In this document: positions 61,679 through 64,000 of the stretch, one piece after another
Layout of the letters: every line of letters begins with the position of its first letter
Position numbering within the stretch: the first letter of the stretch is position 1
DNA from: Camelus ferus
Taxonomy: Eukaryota
Reading direction: 5' to 3'
DNA length: 64,000 bases
Assembly: GCF_009834535.1 (NCBI RefSeq)
Contig: NC_045701.1
Span: 5,518,001-5,582,000, forward strand
Program-made: the position numbers and the translations under genes
The notes under the pieces: generated by a model
Database searches by the model: none
Seen by the model: the letters and a program-made list of their open reading frames with translations, nothing else
What the model was told of the DNA's origin: nothing

Positions 61679-61823
61679 GCCGAAGAACCATTCAGCTTAA
61701 AGGCCAGGAAGATAATCACCTTTATCAATTAAAAAGACAATTTGTTTAATGTTTTATCTCCAATGCTGAACAGCGCCTAGCATATAGTAGGTACTCAGTA
61801 AACATTTAGTGAATACATGATTG

Positions 61824-61965
61824 AGGAGGGAGGGATGATAGGTTAGTGTAGAGTGTGTGCTTAGCATGCATAAGGTCATGGGTTCAATCCCTAGCACTGC
61901 CATTAAAAAAAAAGCTAATAATAAATACATAAATAGAACTAATTATCTCCCCCCAAAACAAACAA
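61824..61965 (+). mobile_element. tRNA-Ala-derived SINE, more diverged copy
   Basis: gtgtgcttagcatgcataaggtcatgggttcaatccctagcac...aactaattatctcccccc. Confidence 0.85.
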
Positions 61966-62829
61966 ACATGACATTATTTTTAGGAAGTACTTTGTAGTTT
62001 ATAAAGCACTTTTTCAGCTCTTATACAATTTAATTATCACCTCTGTGAGTTAGATCGGGCCAGTATCATTAATCTTATTTATAGCAGTATTAATATGTAG
62101 TATTATTAACACTATTTTATTTCAGATATATGTAAAGCATTGCCCAAAGTCACACGGCCTGAATCTGATAGATGCCCTTTCTCCCCTGGTCTAGTCCCAT
62201 CGCATGATCACACTGTAACCCCAGTGCACTGGGCTTTGTCCAGCTCATTGGCTGTGAGGTGGGTATCTTGAAGTGTAGCTGAAGTGACCCTTGGGAGGCT
62301 GCGCCTCACTTTTATGGTTTACAGGGCAGATTTACTGTGAAGCTAGGGGCACTTCAGGCTCCTTCTTTGCACTGGCCCTTCAAGGGCAATTCCAAACATC
62401 CTGGCAAGTAAAAACCGTCTATCTGTGACTTCATTCAACAAACGGAAACACATTCCAGAAGATGGTGCCGTGCTGTTGAACAGCATTCACACTCATGGCG
62501 ATGCAGCTGCAAGCGTCTGTGAAAACATCAGTGGGTTTTCAGAACAGGTGTCACGCCCCACTGACCTCCTTAACCTCACAGGAGAAACCTCTCCCCCATG
62601 CTACCTGAAGTTGCTGACATCTTCAGTGTTTCCAACAGTTAGGTTTTTTCCTTTCAGGTTTGCCTCATTTGTGGAATCTTTTAACTAAAAGATACTAACT
62701 TAAGATTTTTCCTTAAAGAAACTCATTCTTCTTTAGCTAAATAACCGAGAACATTTGGATTAAAAATGAATCGATTATGAAATCAATGAAATGAACATAA
62801 ATGATTCTGATACCAAGAAGCAAATTGTA

Positions 62830-63044
62830 TGAATGCTAATTAGCTTGACTGTGATGGTCACTTCACAATGCATATTTATATGAAACCATCACATTGTACA
62901 TTATATATACACTTTGTCCAATTATGCCTCAATAAAGCAGAAAAACCATTGAATTGAGCATCTTTAAATGGTAAATTTTATGATATGTGAATTGTATCCC
63001 AATAAAAATATTAAAAACCAAAAACCAAACCAAACCAAACCAAA
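62830..63044 (+). mobile_element. Old L1M-type 3' end(s) with a perfect 15-bp TSD
   Basis: AAGAAGCAAATTGTA at 62815-62829 and 63045-63059; AATAAA at 62931 and 63001; tail decayed to (CCAAA)n. Confidence 0.8.
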
Positions 63045-64000
63045 AAGAAGCAAATTGTAACAAGAGAAATGTCAGTGGCAAAAGCAGTAGTTCATTAGGA
63101 AGAAGCACACTTTGAAGATAGGTAATAAATTAAGTGTCAGATTGCTAACGATTCCATCTCGAGGGAGGAGCTCTTCTGGGTGGGTCTCCACCCCGGAAGA
63201 GTCATCCCGTCCTCAGCTCAGCGACTGGGCTGCAGCTCCCGACAGCCGTGGCCGGGCAGGGGAGCCCAGTGGCCGGCTTCTCCTGCAGCCTCACGACCAC
63301 CCAGCTCCTCCCTATGACCTGGGCGACCCAGCCTCTCTCTAACCAGCCAGTTAGGAGTTCTTAGGTACTACCAAATAGAAAGCAAGCCAGAAGAAACATT
63401 CAGCATTTATATAAAGTAAATATTTACTTCCCCTGACTTCTTTATCCCTCCTTTGGTTTCAGAAGAACCTTTGTCTCCAGATTAGTCCAGCTGAAGTTAT
63501 TTTTCTTAGCAACTGGAAGGGTGATTTTCCATTTTTTCAACAAGAAAATAACCCCTGGGCCAAAGGAACTGTGAAAATGTTTAGTCTCCAGAAAGGCATG
63601 CAGGCTCTCAGGGCAGCAGAATCCCTGCAGCTCCATTTCGGAGAATGCCATTGTGTCATTTATGAAATAGCCCCTCTTGCTTTTCCTCTGCACACTCAGC
63701 GTCAAATTTCCAGCCCGCAATTCACGATAACCGTTCTTTAGGACGTCAGGGAGACATGTACTGGGGTGGGGTGCTGCTGGAATGCACAATTAGCCAACCA
63801 GGTGGTGTGGAGCAAGAGAATGGTTGCTGGGCTTGGAGCTTGGAGGGCTGGCTCTGGTCTGAGTTTTCTGGTTGTGTGACCACAGGCAAGTCGTCTCCTC
63901 TCCTCGGGCCACCGTTGACCCAGTTGTGAAAAGAGTGCCGCAAACTGGCGGATCTCCTTTCTAGGTTTAATGATTTATGAGTTAGTCTGAAAGAGCGCAT

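Overview
Mammalian genomic DNA, most likely from a camelid. The evidence is tRNA-Ala(AGC)-derived SINEs of the type I recognise as camelid, Cetartiodactyla-type L1 3' ends, and no Alu, B1, Bov-tA or PRE1 elements seen. The window holds essentially the whole TPM1 (alpha-tropomyosin) gene on the minus strand, about 16.5-43.6 kb. Exons 1a, 2a, 2b, 1b, 3, 4, 5, 6a, 6b, 7, 8, 9b, 9c and 9d were located with GT-AG boundaries and the expected lengths and phases. Exon 9a, the striated-muscle C-terminus, is not visible. It almost certainly lies in a 140-N gap, and the 9b poly(A) signal probably lies in a second gap. The flanks are intergenic, with ordinary repeats (MIR, L1 3' ends, MER21, MLT1, MER5A, MER58B, SINEs). 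No other protein-coding gene is supported; most ORF-track entries are chance or GC-rich artefacts. I found no convincing novel biological system. The best leads are: an apparent +1 frameshift remodelling the TMBr-2/Tpm1.11-type reading frame of dual-use exon 9b; lineage-specific substitutions in alternative exons 2a, 1b and 9c; a pair of MCAT-CArG elements split by an L1 insertion upstream of the 1a promoter; a GATA/TAL1/NF-E2/TEAD motif cluster downstream of the gene; and a CpG island at exon 9c. Comparisons with human, rat or mouse sequences come from memory and need checking by alignment.
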